Shown in pieces: positions 36,375-46,109 of a stretch of DNA of 53,937 bases; the first letter of the stretch is position 1, and each line of letters opens with the position of its first letter. Both the position numbers and the translations under genes were made by a program. The notes under the pieces are model-generated. The model ran no database searches and had not been told where the DNA came from. It worked only from the letters and a program-made list of their open reading frames with translations. Origin of the DNA: Coriobacteriia bacterium (GTDB lineage: Bacteria; Actinomycetota; Coriobacteriia; Anaerosomatales; Anaerosomataceae); assembly GCA_026416035.1 (NCBI GenBank), contig JAOAFY010000003.1, forward strand, positions 1 to 53,937. The letters are read 5' to 3'.

Positions 36375-36982
36375 ACGACGCCGAGCTTGCCCAGCATGAC
36401 CTCGAGGCTGTCAGGGTCCGGCATGTACAGCACGACCGCGTCGATCCGCTCCTCCTCGGTTGCGAACGCCGTCTTGACGAGGACGGCCGTGTCCGCCTTC
36501 ATGCCCACCTCTGCGGCGACCGAATCCAGGACTGCGCCGGTCATGTCGAAGGCGAACATGGGCTTCGACGGGAGCACGGTGAGGTCGGTCAGGCGACCGA
36601 TGGCCGTGAGGTACGCTGTGATCAGCACGAATCCGGTCTGGGCGATGATGCTTTCCTCAGCAGAGCCCAGCGACTTCGTCGAGCCCACCGGCCTGTTGTG
36701 AAGCAGGTCGACGAGCCCGAGGAGCGCTTCGCGACCGCCCACGAACAGGACGCTCCCCTCGACGTTCCCGTACAGTCGCGCGAAGACGGCGCCGACCAGC
36801 GTCTCTGCTCCTCCGAGGACCTGCGGCACCTCGACCACCGGGACAAGCCGGACCTCCGGCACCTCGACCCCGACGGGTCTGCCGGTGATCTGCGCGAGCG
36901 CGGTGGCGGCATGTCCGGCACCGATGTTGCCGAGCTCGCGTATAGCGTCGAGCTGCAGGTCGGAAAGCGATTCGGGTCTCAC
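36371..36982 (-). CDS. cheC: CheY-P phosphatase CheC
   Basis: DAIRELGNIGAGHAATAL, DMTGAVL, YMPDP. Confidence 0.93.
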   Translation of the reverse strand: MRPESLSDLQLDAIRELGNIGAGHAATALAQITGRPVGVEVPEVRLVPVVEVPQVLGGAETLVGAVFARLYGNVEGSVLFVGGREALLGLVDLLHNRPVGSTKSLGSAEESIIAQTGFVLITAYLTAIGRLTDLTVLPSKPMFAFDMTGAVLDSVAAEVGMKADTAVLVKTAFATEEERIDAVVLYMPDPDSLEVMLGKLGVV

Positions 36983-36995
36983 CGCCCCTACCCCC

Positions 36996-38933
36996 TTAGC
37001 CGAAAAGCGTCCGCGGATCGAGGATCAGCGCCACGCTTCCGTCGCCGAGCACGGTCGCTCCGCCGAGCCCCTTGATACCCCTGAACAGCGGCGAGAGCGG
37101 CTTGATGACGACCTCCTGCCGCGACACCAACCGCTGCACCGCTAAAGCGTTCCTCGTGCCAGCCACGTCGACCAGCACGACGTGGTCTTTCTTCCGCGGC
37201 CGACCGCGGCGCCCGTCAGACTCGCCCACCAGCTGGTCAAGCCGCCACGCGGGGACGACCGAGCCATCGCGCAGAACGACGCACGGGCTCCTGTCGACCG
37301 TAGTGACTCGAACCTCATCGGTGGGCAGCACCTCTGCGACCGCCGAGAGAGGGAGTGCGAACGTCTGGTTGGCGGTGCCGACGAGCAGCGCAGGCACGAT
37401 GGCGAGCGTGAGCGGCAGGCTGAGCGTGACTTCGAGCCCGGCTCCGACCTCCGTCTTGAGCGAGACCGTGCCACCGAGGTACTCGATCTTGCCCTTCACG
37501 ACGTCCATCCCGACACCGCGGCCGGAGACTTTGGTGGCGCGCTCCGCCGTGGAGAAGCCCGGGGTACAGGTGAGCATGAGGACGTCTTCGTCGGTGTATG
37601 CTTCGCGGTCGGACGCCGAGACCAGGCCTCGAGCGCACGCCTTCTCCCAGATCCGTTCCACGTCGATGCCGCGTCCATCGTCGGCGACCGTGACGCGCAC
37701 CTGATCGCGTTCTCGCTCAGCGCTCAGGCGTATCCACCCCCTCGGTGGCTTGCCCGCAGCCACCCGCTCCTCGACGCTCTCGATGCCGGGGTCTCCCGCG
37801 TTGCGCCGCAGGGGGACGATGGGGGGGCCGAGCTCGGCGAGCGCGGTCCGATCGAGCTCGATGTCCAAACCGGCCATCTCGAAGTCGACCTGCTTGCCGA
37901 GATCCCGTGCGAGGTCTCTGACCATGCGCGGGAACCGGTTGAAGATGTTGCCGACCGGCACCATCCTCGTCTGCATGACTTCGTGCTGAAGCTCAGAGGT
38001 CACCTGCTGCAACCCGGAGACCGCCTCGACGAGCTCGTGGTCGTCCCTGTCCCGGGCGATGCGTTCCAGCCGCGCACGCAGGATGACGAGCTCCCCGACC
38101 AGGTTGACCATCGCGTCGAGGTGACCGATGGACACTCGAACCGTCTGGGTCTCGGCGAGCTTCGGAACGATGCGCCTGCTGCGAGATTCGCGGCCCTCCT
38201 CGTCACGCGCCACCGTCGGCCGTGCAACATCGGATTCCACGTTGACTGATGCGATCTCACTGATGCCGAGGAGCGCCCGCTCGATAGCGTCGGGAGGCTC
38301 TGCCGTCTGCACCACCACGACGAAGCTGCGGTCGAACCGCTCGTCCTCGATGTCCCTCGCGCTCGGCTCTGTGTCGAGCACCGACCCCATGTGCCCGAGC
38401 CGCTTGATGGCCATGTAGGCCCGGACCGCCTTCAAGACGCTCGTCTCGTCGATCGTCACCGTGACCCGGTAGACCGCTCCCTCCGGCTCCGGTCCGCGCT
38501 CCGGCTCAGACGAGAGCGCGCCCTCATCCGCCGGAGCCGCCTGGCGAGCACCCGGCTCGGCACTCGCGACGAGATCGGCCACGATGGCGCTCGCATCGTA
38601 TCGGCTTCCGCCCTCGCTTTCGTCGCTGATCAGCTCCCGGACGGCGTCGACGGCGCGAAGCATGAGGTCGATCAGCCCGGCGTCCACGGCCCTCTCGCGT
38701 TTCCGCACCGTGTCCATGAGGCTTTCCATCTTGTGGGTGAGGTCGGCGGTGCGCTCGTATCCCATCGCCGCCGCCATGCCTTTCAAGCTGTGCGCGCCGC
38801 GGAAGATCGTCTCGACGGGCTCGAGGTCGTGCGGGTCGGCTTCCAGCGAGAGCAGCCCGTCGGTGATGGCTTGGAGGTACTCCGCGCTCTCAGACAGGAA
38901 GACCTCCCGGTAGGCGGACATGTCGTCGCTCAC
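36996..38933 (-). CDS. cheA: Chemotaxis histidine kinase CheA
   Basis: P1 IFRGAHSLKG, P2, dimerisation VRV..LDAMVNLVGEL, DDGRGID, GFST, GRGVGMDVV, C-terminal CheW-like domain; N-box region anomalous (see findings). Confidence 0.95.
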   Translation of the reverse strand: MSDDMSAYREVFLSESAEYLQAITDGLLSLEADPHDLEPVETIFRGAHSLKGMAAAMGYERTADLTHKMESLMDTVRKRERAVDAGLIDLMLRAVDAVRELISDESEGGSRYDASAIVADLVASAEPGARQAAPADEGALSSEPERGPEPEGAVYRVTVTIDETSVLKAVRAYMAIKRLGHMGSVLDTEPSARDIEDERFDRSFVVVVQTAEPPDAIERALLGISEIASVNVESDVARPTVARDEEGRESRSRRIVPKLAETQTVRVSIGHLDAMVNLVGELVILRARLERIARDRDDHELVEAVSGLQQVTSELQHEVMQTRMVPVGNIFNRFPRMVRDLARDLGKQVDFEMAGLDIELDRTALAELGPPIVPLRRNAGDPGIESVEERVAAGKPPRGWIRLSAERERDQVRVTVADDGRGIDVERIWEKACARGLVSASDREAYTDEDVLMLTCTPGFSTAERATKVSGRGVGMDVVKGKIEYLGGTVSLKTEVGAGLEVTLSLPLTLAIVPALLVGTANQTFALPLSAVAEVLPTDEVRVTTVDRSPCVVLRDGSVVPAWRLDQLVGESDGRRGRPRKKDHVVLVDVAGTRNALAVQRLVSRQEVVIKPLSPLFRGIKGLGGATVLGDGSVALILDPRTLFG

Positions 38934-39991
38934 GCGCCCACCCCCTCACGGACCGACCGCCGTATCTCTGCCGGGATCTTGTCCAGCGGGACGACCCTGT
39001 CGACCGCCCCGGCTTTCAGGGCCGCCTTCGGCATCCCCCACACGACGCTCGTGGCCTCATCCTGGGCGATCGTGGTACCTCCGCAGTTCTTGATCGCCTT
39101 GAGCCCGGCAGCCCCGTCGGAGCCCATGCCGGTAAGCACGACGCCTACTGCATGCTCTCCGTACGCGTGCGCAACGCTCTCGAACAACGGGTCGGCTGCC
39201 GGCCGCACGCCGTGCAGCGGCGAGCCCGACTCCAGGCGCACGCGATGCGTCGCACCACGCTCGACCACCATGTGCGTTCCGTGCGGCGCAACGTACCCCT
39301 TGCCAGGAACCAGACGCGCCCCGTCAGAGGCCTCAGCGAAGTCGATCCTCGACGCCTTCGTCAGGCGTTTCGCGAGAGAAGCGGAGAAGCCGGACGGGAG
39401 GTGCTGCACCACCAGGTACGAGCACGGCAGACCAGGCCCGATCGCTGCAAACAGCCGCTCGAGAGCTGGAGGGCCCCCTGTCGAGGCAGCCACGGCTACG
39501 ACGCTGCGCAGAATCGTCGATCCGGAACCCCCCGCAGAGCCAGCGGCGGGCCCGCCAGGCTCGGCCGGACCTAGAGGCACTCGCTTCGCAGGATCCACGC
39601 GATACGCAGTCTTGATCTTCTTGAGCATGACTTCAGAGAGCTCGGTAAGCGAGGTGGCCACTCCGCTCCTCGGCTTCACGACGAAGTCAGAGGCCCCTGC
39701 CGAGAGAGCCTGGTACGTCGTGTCTGGATCGTCCAGGCTCGACAGCATCACCACGCGAGACTTGGTCGACTTCATCAGCACCGGCAGCGCCTCAAGGCCG
39801 GTGAGATCCGGCATCTCGATGTCGAGCGTGATGACGTCCGGCTCGAGCTCGATTGCTCGCTCGATCGCCTCGACCCCAGTCTTCGCCGTTCCGACGACCT
39901 CGATCCGCGGATCGACTGACAGCGCCCGCGACAGCATCTGCCGGATGAGCGCTGAGTCGTCGACGATGAGGACCTTGATCGTCGGCAGCAT
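38930..39991 (-). CDS. cheB: Chemotaxis response regulator methylesterase CheB
   Basis: REC (IVDDS, TLDIEMP), catalytic ASTGG, QHLP, RPAAD, LTGMGSDG, QDEATSVVWGMP. Confidence 0.96.
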   Translation of the reverse strand: MLPTIKVLIVDDSALIRQMLSRALSVDPRIEVVGTAKTGVEAIERAIELEPDVITLDIEMPDLTGLEALPVLMKSTKSRVVMLSSLDDPDTTYQALSAGASDFVVKPRSGVATSLTELSEVMLKKIKTAYRVDPAKRVPLGPAEPGGPAAGSAGGSGSTILRSVVAVAASTGGPPALERLFAAIGPGLPCSYLVVQHLPSGFSASLAKRLTKASRIDFAEASDGARLVPGKGYVAPHGTHMVVERGATHRVRLESGSPLHGVRPAADPLFESVAHAYGEHAVGVVLTGMGSDGAAGLKAIKNCGGTTIAQDEATSVVWGMPKAALKAGAVDRVVPLDKIPAEIRRSVREGVGA

Positions 39992-40000
39992 CGGCGCTCA

Positions 40001-40372
40001 TCACCGTGGGGAGGACTGAAGGCACTTCTTGACCGTCTCGAGCACCTTGGTCGGCTGGAAGGGCTTCACCAGGAAATCCATCGCACCGGCCTCCAGCGCC
40101 TCCACGATGAGCTTCTGCTGACCCATCGCGCTGACCATGAGCACCCGTGCGTGAGGGTCGTGCTCCCGGATCTTCCTCAGGGCCTCGATGCCATCCATCT
40201 CCGGCATCGTGATATCCATGGTGGTGAGGTCTGGCCGCACCTCCAAGTACTTCTCCACGGCGTCCCTGCCGTTCACGGCCTCGTGGATGACGTAGCCCTC
40301 CTTGGACAGGATGTCGCGGATCATCATCCGCATGAATGCTGCGTCGTCGACGACGAGCACCGACCTAGACAT
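40001..40372 (-). CDS. cheY: Chemotaxis response regulator CheY
   Basis: LVVDDAAFMR, TMDITMPEMDG, VSAMGQQ, KPF. Confidence 0.95.
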   Translation of the reverse strand: MSRSVLVVDDAAFMRMMIRDILSKEGYVIHEAVNGRDAVEKYLEVRPDLTTMDITMPEMDGIEALRKIREHDPHARVLMVSAMGQQKLIVEALEAGAMDFLVKPFQPTKVLETVKKCLQSSPR

Positions 40373-40856
40373 CTGCGCTCGCCTCCTCTGCATCCGTCAC
40401 GGAGACGAATACCGCAGGTGGAACCAGTTTGTCGGGCACGAGCAGCATCACTAGCCGCCCTTCATGGTCCGCAACTCCCTCAAAAGCGTCGGCAAGCTCG
40501 CTGGACGCAAGCGACTCGGGAGTCTGCATAACCGCAGCAGCCGACATGCGGGCGACCTCGTGCGCTGAGTCGACGGCGAACCCCACGAGCCCGGCAGTGG
40601 TCTCCGTCACGATCACGCGAGAGCTTCCTGAGCGCGAGGAGCCTTCGCCGAACAGCCGACGGCCAAGATCCACAACGGGCACGATCTGCCCGCGCAGGTT
40701 TATGACGCCTTCCACGAAGTCGGGAGCGTGCGGCACGGGAGTCGGCTTCTCATACCTGATGATGCTCGTGACGCGCTCGACCGGCAGCCCGAACTCCTCT
40801 TCACCGAGCGTGAAGAGCACCACCTGACGGACGGCGTCGCTCGAGGTGCCTTCCAT
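40365..40856 (-). CDS. cheW: Chemotaxis coupling protein CheW
   Basis: VLFTLGEEEFG, PHAPDFVEGVINLRGQIVPVVDL, GFAVDS. Confidence 0.95.
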   Translation of the reverse strand: MEGTSSDAVRQVVLFTLGEEEFGLPVERVTSIIRYEKPTPVPHAPDFVEGVINLRGQIVPVVDLGRRLFGEGSSRSGSSRVIVTETTAGLVGFAVDSAHEVARMSAAAVMQTPESLASSELADAFEGVADHEGRLVMLLVPDKLVPPAVFVSVTDAEEASADV

Positions 40857-40865
40857 GACGAGCTC

Positions 40866-42194
40866 CTACTCCACCTTGAAGCGGCGGACGGACTCTTCGA
40901 GCCGCCTGGCCATCTCGGCGAGCTCCTGCGCGGACGACGAGATCTCCTGCATGCAGGCCGTTTGCTGCTGGGCCGCAGCAGCGGTCTCCTCGGCGGACGC
41001 CGCGTTCTCCTCGACGACCGCCGCGATGTCGTGCATCGCCTTGTCCACTTCCATGGTGCGCTGCGCCTGCTCAGCCATCGCGGCAGCGATCTCCTCTGCA
41101 AGCGTCGCGGTCTTCGTGACCGCCTCCGTGATGCTGCGCAGCGCCTCGCCCGTCCGGCCGACGACCTCGCTGCCGATGACGACCTCGTTCGCGCCGCGCT
41201 CCATGTACTTGAGCGCCTTGGCCGTCTCGGCCTGCACGTCTTTGATCAGCTCCCCGATCTGCTGGGCCGCCTTGCCAGAACCTTCTGCGAGCTTGCGGAC
41301 TTCCTCGGCCACGACCGAGAAGCCACGGCCTGACTCTCCGGCACGCGCTGCCTCGATCGCCGCGTTCAGAGACAGCAGGTTCGTCTGGTCGGCGATCGAC
41401 GTGATGACATCGACGATGTGGCCGATCTCCTCTGAACGCTTGCCGAGCATCTCGACCGACTCGGCGAGCGTCTCGATGGCGTTGCGAACATCGGCGATCT
41501 TCTCGATGGCCTCGGCGGTCGCCTGCTCGCCTTGCAACGCAGCCTTGGCCGCTTCTTCGCTGGTCTTGCTCGCCTCCTCGGCGCGCCGCGCCACGGCATT
41601 CACCGTTCCGGTGATCGACTCCATGGCCGAGGTCGTCTCCTCGACCTTGCGAGACTGGAGCTCCGCGCCATGCGCGATCTGCTGCACCGAGGAGGAGATC
41701 TCCATCGAAGACGAGTTGATTTCCTCAGATGACGCCGAAAGCTGGGTCGCCGCGTTCGTGACCTGCTCGGAGGAGCGGCGCACACCGGCTGCGATCTCGC
41801 CGAGCGATGCGATGAGGTGGTTGCAGTCCTCCGTCAGCCTGCCGATCTCGTCATCGTGCAGCTTCTCGGCCCGCACCGTGAGATCGCCGTCTGCGGCCCT
41901 CGCCATGACTGCACCGAGGTCTTGCAGCGGCTGGAGGACGCGTCGCCGGAAGGCGCGCCACCAGGCGAGCTGGCCCGGAACGGCGCAGATCAGCATGGCG
42001 ATGGCGCCGAACAGGGCCGTGTACAGGAGCTTGTCGCCATGGATGCCGAGCACGGCCACCGCGAACACCCCGGTGAGCGTCAACCCGATCGCTACCGCCG
42101 GACCGATCGTGGCCCAGGTCCAGAGCGTGAACGTGAGCAGCAGCCCCTTGCGAGCGTCCGAACCCGGCTGGAACATGCTGTCTCGCGCCATCAA
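40866..42194 (-). CDS. Methyl-accepting chemotaxis protein (2 TM, minimal loop, HAMP)
   Basis: Two TMs, HAMP (QPLQDL..GDLTVR..DEIGRL), [38 protein letters not shown]. Confidence 0.95.
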   Translation of the reverse strand: MMARDSMFQPGSDARKGLLLTFTLWTWATIGPAVAIGLTLTGVFAVAVLGIHGDKLLYTALFGAIAMLICAVPGQLAWWRAFRRRVLQPLQDLGAVMARAADGDLTVRAEKLHDDEIGRLTEDCNHLIASLGEIAAGVRRSSEQVTNAATQLSASSEEINSSSMEISSSVQQIAHGAELQSRKVEETTSAMESITGTVNAVARRAEEASKTSEEAAKAALQGEQATAEAIEKIADVRNAIETLAESVEMLGKRSEEIGHIVDVITSIADQTNLLSLNAAIEAARAGESGRGFSVVAEEVRKLAEGSGKAAQQIGELIKDVQAETAKALKYMERGANEVVIGSEVVGRTGEALRSITEAVTKTATLAEEIAAAMAEQAQRTMEVDKAMHDIAAVVEENAASAEETAAAAQQQTACMQEISSSAQELAEMARRLEESVRRFKVE

Positions 42195-42276
42195 CGACCC
42201 CTCCTCGGAACGGTCTTCCGCCTCGCACCCGCCTAAGGATACTACACGCCCTCGGACGCGACTCCTCAGACCCGCC

Positions 42277-43119
42277 CTAACGCTCGTACGGCTTCCTGTA
42301 CACCCGCTCCCGGCCGTTCACCAGTTCGAAGCTCGGCTTGGTCCCGGGCGGTATACGCTCGCTCCTTCCCAACACCAGGTAGCCCCCGCGCGCGAGGGCG
42401 GACCAGAACACCCCAAGAAGCCGGTCCTGCTCCTGCCGGTTGAAGTAGATGAACACGTTCCGGCAGAACACCACGTCCACGACGTGTATCGGCGAATCGG
42501 TGAGCAAGTTGAGCTGCTGGAACTTGCATAGACGCGCAACCTCGGGCTTGATGACGAAGGTGTCCTCGCGCTCCTCGATGAAGCGACGCCTGTCTGCGGC
42601 AGGGATGTGGGCCAGCTGTTGCAGAGGGTATTCGGCTCGGCGCGCGATCTCGAGCGCCTTCGGATCGATGTCGGTCCCGAGGACAGACAGCAGGAATCCG
42701 CCGTGGTCGGGTCCCATGCCCGCGAGGAACGACATGGCGATCGAGTACGCCTCCTGACCGGTCGAACAGCCGGCTGACCAGACACGGATCATCCGCTGGT
42801 GGCGCCGCCGCTTCTCTTCGAGGAGCTGCGGCACGATCTGAGAGCGGAAGACATCGAACACCGTCGGGTCGCGGAAGAACTGCGTCACGTTAATCGTCAG
42901 CGTGTCGATGAGCTTCGAGTACTCTTCCGGATGCTCATCGAGGTACGCAGCGTACTGACGGTAGCTGTGGAGGCCGAGCGCGTTGAGCCGCGTGGCCAGC
43001 CGACGCTCGACGTAGCGCGTCCGGTATTGCGCCAGGTCCAAGCCCCGTTCATCGCGGATCTTCGCGATGATGCGATCGAGGTTGCCCCGGTAGACCGTCT
43101 CCGCCGCGTGGGGATCCAT
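42277..43119 (-). CDS. cheR: Chemotaxis methyltransferase CheR
   Basis: [51 protein letters not shown]; start MDPH after GGGAGG. Confidence 0.95.
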   Translation of the reverse strand: MDPHAAETVYRGNLDRIIAKIRDERGLDLAQYRTRYVERRLATRLNALGLHSYRQYAAYLDEHPEEYSKLIDTLTINVTQFFRDPTVFDVFRSQIVPQLLEEKRRRHQRMIRVWSAGCSTGQEAYSIAMSFLAGMGPDHGGFLLSVLGTDIDPKALEIARRAEYPLQQLAHIPAADRRRFIEEREDTFVIKPEVARLCKFQQLNLLTDSPIHVVDVVFCRNVFIYFNRQEQDRLLGVFWSALARGGYLVLGRSERIPPGTKPSFELVNGRERVYRKPYER

Positions 43120-43150
43120 TCGCCTCCCGACTGCCGAGCTGCCACCCTCC

Positions 43151-43160
43151 ATTGTAGAAT
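43151..43160. promoter_or_regulatory. Overlapping divergent -10 hexamers (TACAAT minus, TAGAAT plus)
   Basis: attgtagaat in the 74-nt gap between divergent cheR and L,D-transpeptidase genes. Confidence 0.5.
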
Positions 43161-43193
43161 ACGCGTACCACTCCTCCGTGCGACAGGAGCCGC

Positions 43194-44231
43194 ATGCACC
43201 GAGCACCGACGCACCTGCGCATCCTCGCGTGCATCGCCGCCTGCGCCTGCTTCGTGCTGAGTGCGGGTGCGGCAGCGGCGATCGCTCAGGACTACGTCTC
43301 CCGCGACGTCCTCGCGCCCGGGTCGGCGGTAGCGACCACCTCGGTGGGCGGCATGAGGCTCAGCGAGGCCAAGCAGGCGATCGAACGAGATCTCGCTGCC
43401 TCGTTCGGGCAGACCATGACCGTGATGGCCGGACAGCGCACCGTGCAGGTGCAGCCGTCACAGTTCCTGCGCGTAGACCTCGCCCGGACGTTGGGAAGCC
43501 TCGCGCAAGCCAAGGGCCGGACGCCTACGGCGCGCAGGCTGCTGGCTCAGGCCACCGGCGCACCGTACGGTACCAAGGTCCCTCCGCAGATCGCCGTCGA
43601 CCGCGCCGCACTCGATGCGTGGGTGGCTACCCTCGCGGCGTCGGTGGGGACCCCGGCTTCCGATGCCACACTCACGGTACAGGACCGTCAGCTCGTGGCG
43701 ATCCCTGAACGGGTAGGCTTCTCCATCGACCCTCGCAAGGCCGCAGACGCAGTGGCTGTGGCACTGGCACGCGGAGACGACAGCGTCCGTCTCCCCGTCA
43801 CCCGGATCGAGCCGAAGGTCACGCGCGAGGACCTCGGCATGGCGATCCTCGTCAGACGGGCCGACCGTCGGCTCTTCCTCTACGAAGACGGCAGGCTCGT
43901 GAAGGTCTATCGCGTTGCGGTCGGCGCGCCTGGCTTCCCGACGCCTCGAGGTCGCTGGACGATCGTCCGAAAACGCTACATGCCGACGTGGGGAAACCCG
44001 GGGTCGGACTGGGCGAAGGACATGCCTCGGTTCATCCCGCCCGGACCGAACAACCCCCTCGGCACGCGCGCTTTGGACCTGAGCGCGCCGGGAATCCGCA
44101 TCCACGGCACGAACAAGGACTACTCGATCGGTCAAGCGGCCTCGCACGGTTGCATGCGGATGCACCGCTGGGACATCGAAGACCTCTACGACCGAGTGCC
44201 GGTCGGCACACCCGTGTTCATCATCGACTGA
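43194..44231 (+). CDS. L,D-transpeptidase family protein with N-terminal PG-binding region
   Basis: Signal peptide; RRLFLYE..YRVAVG..TPRG, NPLGTRAL, IRIHGT, SHGCMRM. Confidence 0.93.
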   Translation: MHRAPTHLRILACIAACACFVLSAGAAAAIAQDYVSRDVLAPGSAVATTSVGGMRLSEAKQAIERDLAASFGQTMTVMAGQRTVQVQPSQFLRVDLARTLGSLAQAKGRTPTARRLLAQATGAPYGTKVPPQIAVDRAALDAWVATLAASVGTPASDATLTVQDRQLVAIPERVGFSIDPRKAADAVAVALARGDDSVRLPVTRIEPKVTREDLGMAILVRRADRRLFLYEDGRLVKVYRVAVGAPGFPTPRGRWTIVRKRYMPTWGNPGSDWAKDMPRFIPPGPNNPLGTRALDLSAPGIRIHGTNKDYSIGQAASHGCMRMHRWDIEDLYDRVPVGTPVFIID

Positions 44232-44475
44232 GATCGCCCGGGACGCGATCCTCGATCTCGACGCGACCCGTCCACGCGATGCCGGACGCCGAAAGGACCG
44301 ACTCCGTACGCTCCGCGTCTTCCAGCGCCGTCCTGACGGCGATGCCGCACAGCGCCCCCAGAGACTTCGGGGTAGGCACGGCCGCAACGGGAATCCCCGC
44401 ATCGGCAAGCGCCTTCTCGGCAGCCAGAGCATCGTGGGTCGTCCCGAACCCATACACGACGAAGCGGAGCATCAC
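44221..44475 (-). CDS. DUF3343 protein (putative S/Se carrier)
   Basis: F.TTHDALAAEK.L...I....VPTP..L...CGIAVR; start overlaps the desulfurase stop. Confidence 0.85.
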   Translation of the reverse strand: MMLRFVVYGFGTTHDALAAEKALADAGIPVAAVPTPKSLGALCGIAVRTALEDAERTESVLSASGIAWTGRVEIEDRVPGDLSR

Positions 44476-45626
44476 GCCTGGCACACCTCGCGCACGGCCT
44501 CGACCGCCCGCTCCACGTCGTCTTCGGTCACACCACGGCCCACGCTGAAACGGACCGCGCCCGTCTCAAGCGTTCCAGCCGAAGCGTGTGCCGCTGGCGC
44601 GCAGTGCAGTCCTGAGCGGACTGCGATGCCGAAGCGCGAATCGAGTTCGTATGCGATCCGGTCCGGTTCGACCGACTCGTGGATGATGCTGACGACCGGG
44701 GCCCGCTCTTCGCCGGGAGCCGGTCCGAGCACGGCAATCCCGGGGACTTCGAGCAGTCCGTCCACGAGCCTCTGCACGAGACGCCGCTCGTGCGCCATGA
44801 TCGCATCCAGCTCGCGCGCGAGCACTCCCACGCCTGCCGCGAGTCCCGCGATGGCGGGGACGGGAGGGGTGCCTGCTTCGTAGCGATCCGGGCGTGCGTC
44901 AGGCATGGCAGGCGAGACCGACTCCCCTCCGCTTCCGCCCTGGACCAGCTCGGGCAGCTCAAGACCCGGTGCAAGGTACACCACGCCGACGCCCTGGGGT
45001 CCCAGCAGCCCCTTGTGGCCGGACGCCACGTAGACGTCCGCGCCGAGAGCTCGCACGTCGACACGCAGGTGTCCGGCCGCCTGGGCTCCGTCGACCACGA
45101 GCACGGCACCGTGCTCGTGGGCGATGTCGGCCAGGTCGGCCACGGGCTGGATCGCGCCGGTGACGTTCGACGCGTGCTGGCACACGACCGCCTTGGTCTT
45201 GCCTGCCGCGATGATCGCCTCGGCCGCATCGAGGTCCACGCGCCCAGCGCCATCGACGGGCATGCGCACCACCTCCACGCCGTGTGCTTCGAGCACCGCC
45301 AGGGGCCGCATCACTGCGTTGTGTTCCACGCTGGAGATGACGACGCGATCACCGGCGCCAAGCAGGCCCTTGAGCGCCATGTTCAGGCCGAAGGTGCATC
45401 CCGGCACGAACAACAGGTCGCGAGCATCGCCCGCTCCGAGGAACGACGCCACTGCGCTTCGGGCCTCCAAGACGAGCCGCGCCGCCTCCAGTGCCAGCCG
45501 GTGCGCACTGCGATGGGGGTTGCCGCCCGCTGGTCCGAGCGCCCGCTTAACCGCCGCGAACACCTCGGGCGGCTTCGGCCACGACGTCGCTGCGTGGTCG
45601 AGGTAGATGATTCCATCGTGTGGCAT
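44472..45626 (-). CDS. Class V PLP enzyme, cysteine desulfurase/selenocysteine lyase-like
   Basis: YLDHAATSWPKP, GNPHRS, EHNAVMRPL, HASNVTG, DGAQAAG, GHKGLLGPQG (PLP Lys), YEAGT, RSGLHCAP (catalytic Cys). Confidence 0.92.
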   Translation of the reverse strand: MPHDGIIYLDHAATSWPKPPEVFAAVKRALGPAGGNPHRSAHRLALEAARLVLEARSAVASFLGAGDARDLLFVPGCTFGLNMALKGLLGAGDRVVISSVEHNAVMRPLAVLEAHGVEVVRMPVDGAGRVDLDAAEAIIAAGKTKAVVCQHASNVTGAIQPVADLADIAHEHGAVLVVDGAQAAGHLRVDVRALGADVYVASGHKGLLGPQGVGVVYLAPGLELPELVQGGSGGESVSPAMPDARPDRYEAGTPPVPAIAGLAAGVGVLARELDAIMAHERRLVQRLVDGLLEVPGIAVLGPAPGEERAPVVSIIHESVEPDRIAYELDSRFGIAVRSGLHCAPAAHASAGTLETGAVRFSVGRGVTEDDVERAVEAVREVCQA

Positions 45627-45629
45627 CCG

Positions 45630-46109
45630 CTATCCGTGCCCCCCGCCGGCCATCATCTCGACCGCGTGCTCCAACTGGTCCGCGACGATAGCGAATGCCT
45701 GCCGAACCGCTTTCTCGCTGCCAGGGAAGTTGATGATGAGCGTCTTGCCCCGCTGGGCCGCGACGCCGCGGGACAGCATCGCGCGCCTCGTCGTTGCAAG
45801 GCTCTCGGCGCGGATCGTCTCCGCGATTCCCGGCACTGCCCGCTGCGCGAGCGACATCGTCACCTCCGGGCACACGTCCCGTGGCCCAAGGCCGGTGCCG
45901 CCCGTCGAGAACAGGACGTCCACCTCGTCCACGTCGCACATCTCCGTGATGGCGAGCGCGATCGCCTCCGCTTCGTCCGGCACGACGTGGTATGCAGCCA
46001 CGAGCCATCCGCGGCTCTCCGCGAGCTCGATCAGCGCCTTGCCGGACGTGTCTTCAGCTTCGCCGGCTGCACGCGTGTCAGAACACGTGAGCACCCCGAT
46101 CCTGAGCAC
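45630..46109 (-). CDS. mogA: Molybdopterin adenylyltransferase MogA/MoaB
   Basis: LTCSD, EDTSG, STGGTGLGPRDVCPE, LSRGVA, NFPGS. Confidence 0.92.
   Translation of the reverse strand: MLRIGVLTCSDTRAAGEAEDTSGKALIELAESRGWLVAAYHVVPDEAEAIALAITEMCDVDEVDVLFSTGGTGLGPRDVCPEVTMSLAQRAVPGIAETIRAESLATTRRAMLSRGVAAQRGKTLIINFPGSEKAVRQAFAIVADQLEHAVEMMAGGGHG

Noticed and set aside
40846-42531. 561-aa plus-strand ORF
   Set aside because: Ser/Ala-rich antisense shadow of the MCP coiled coil.
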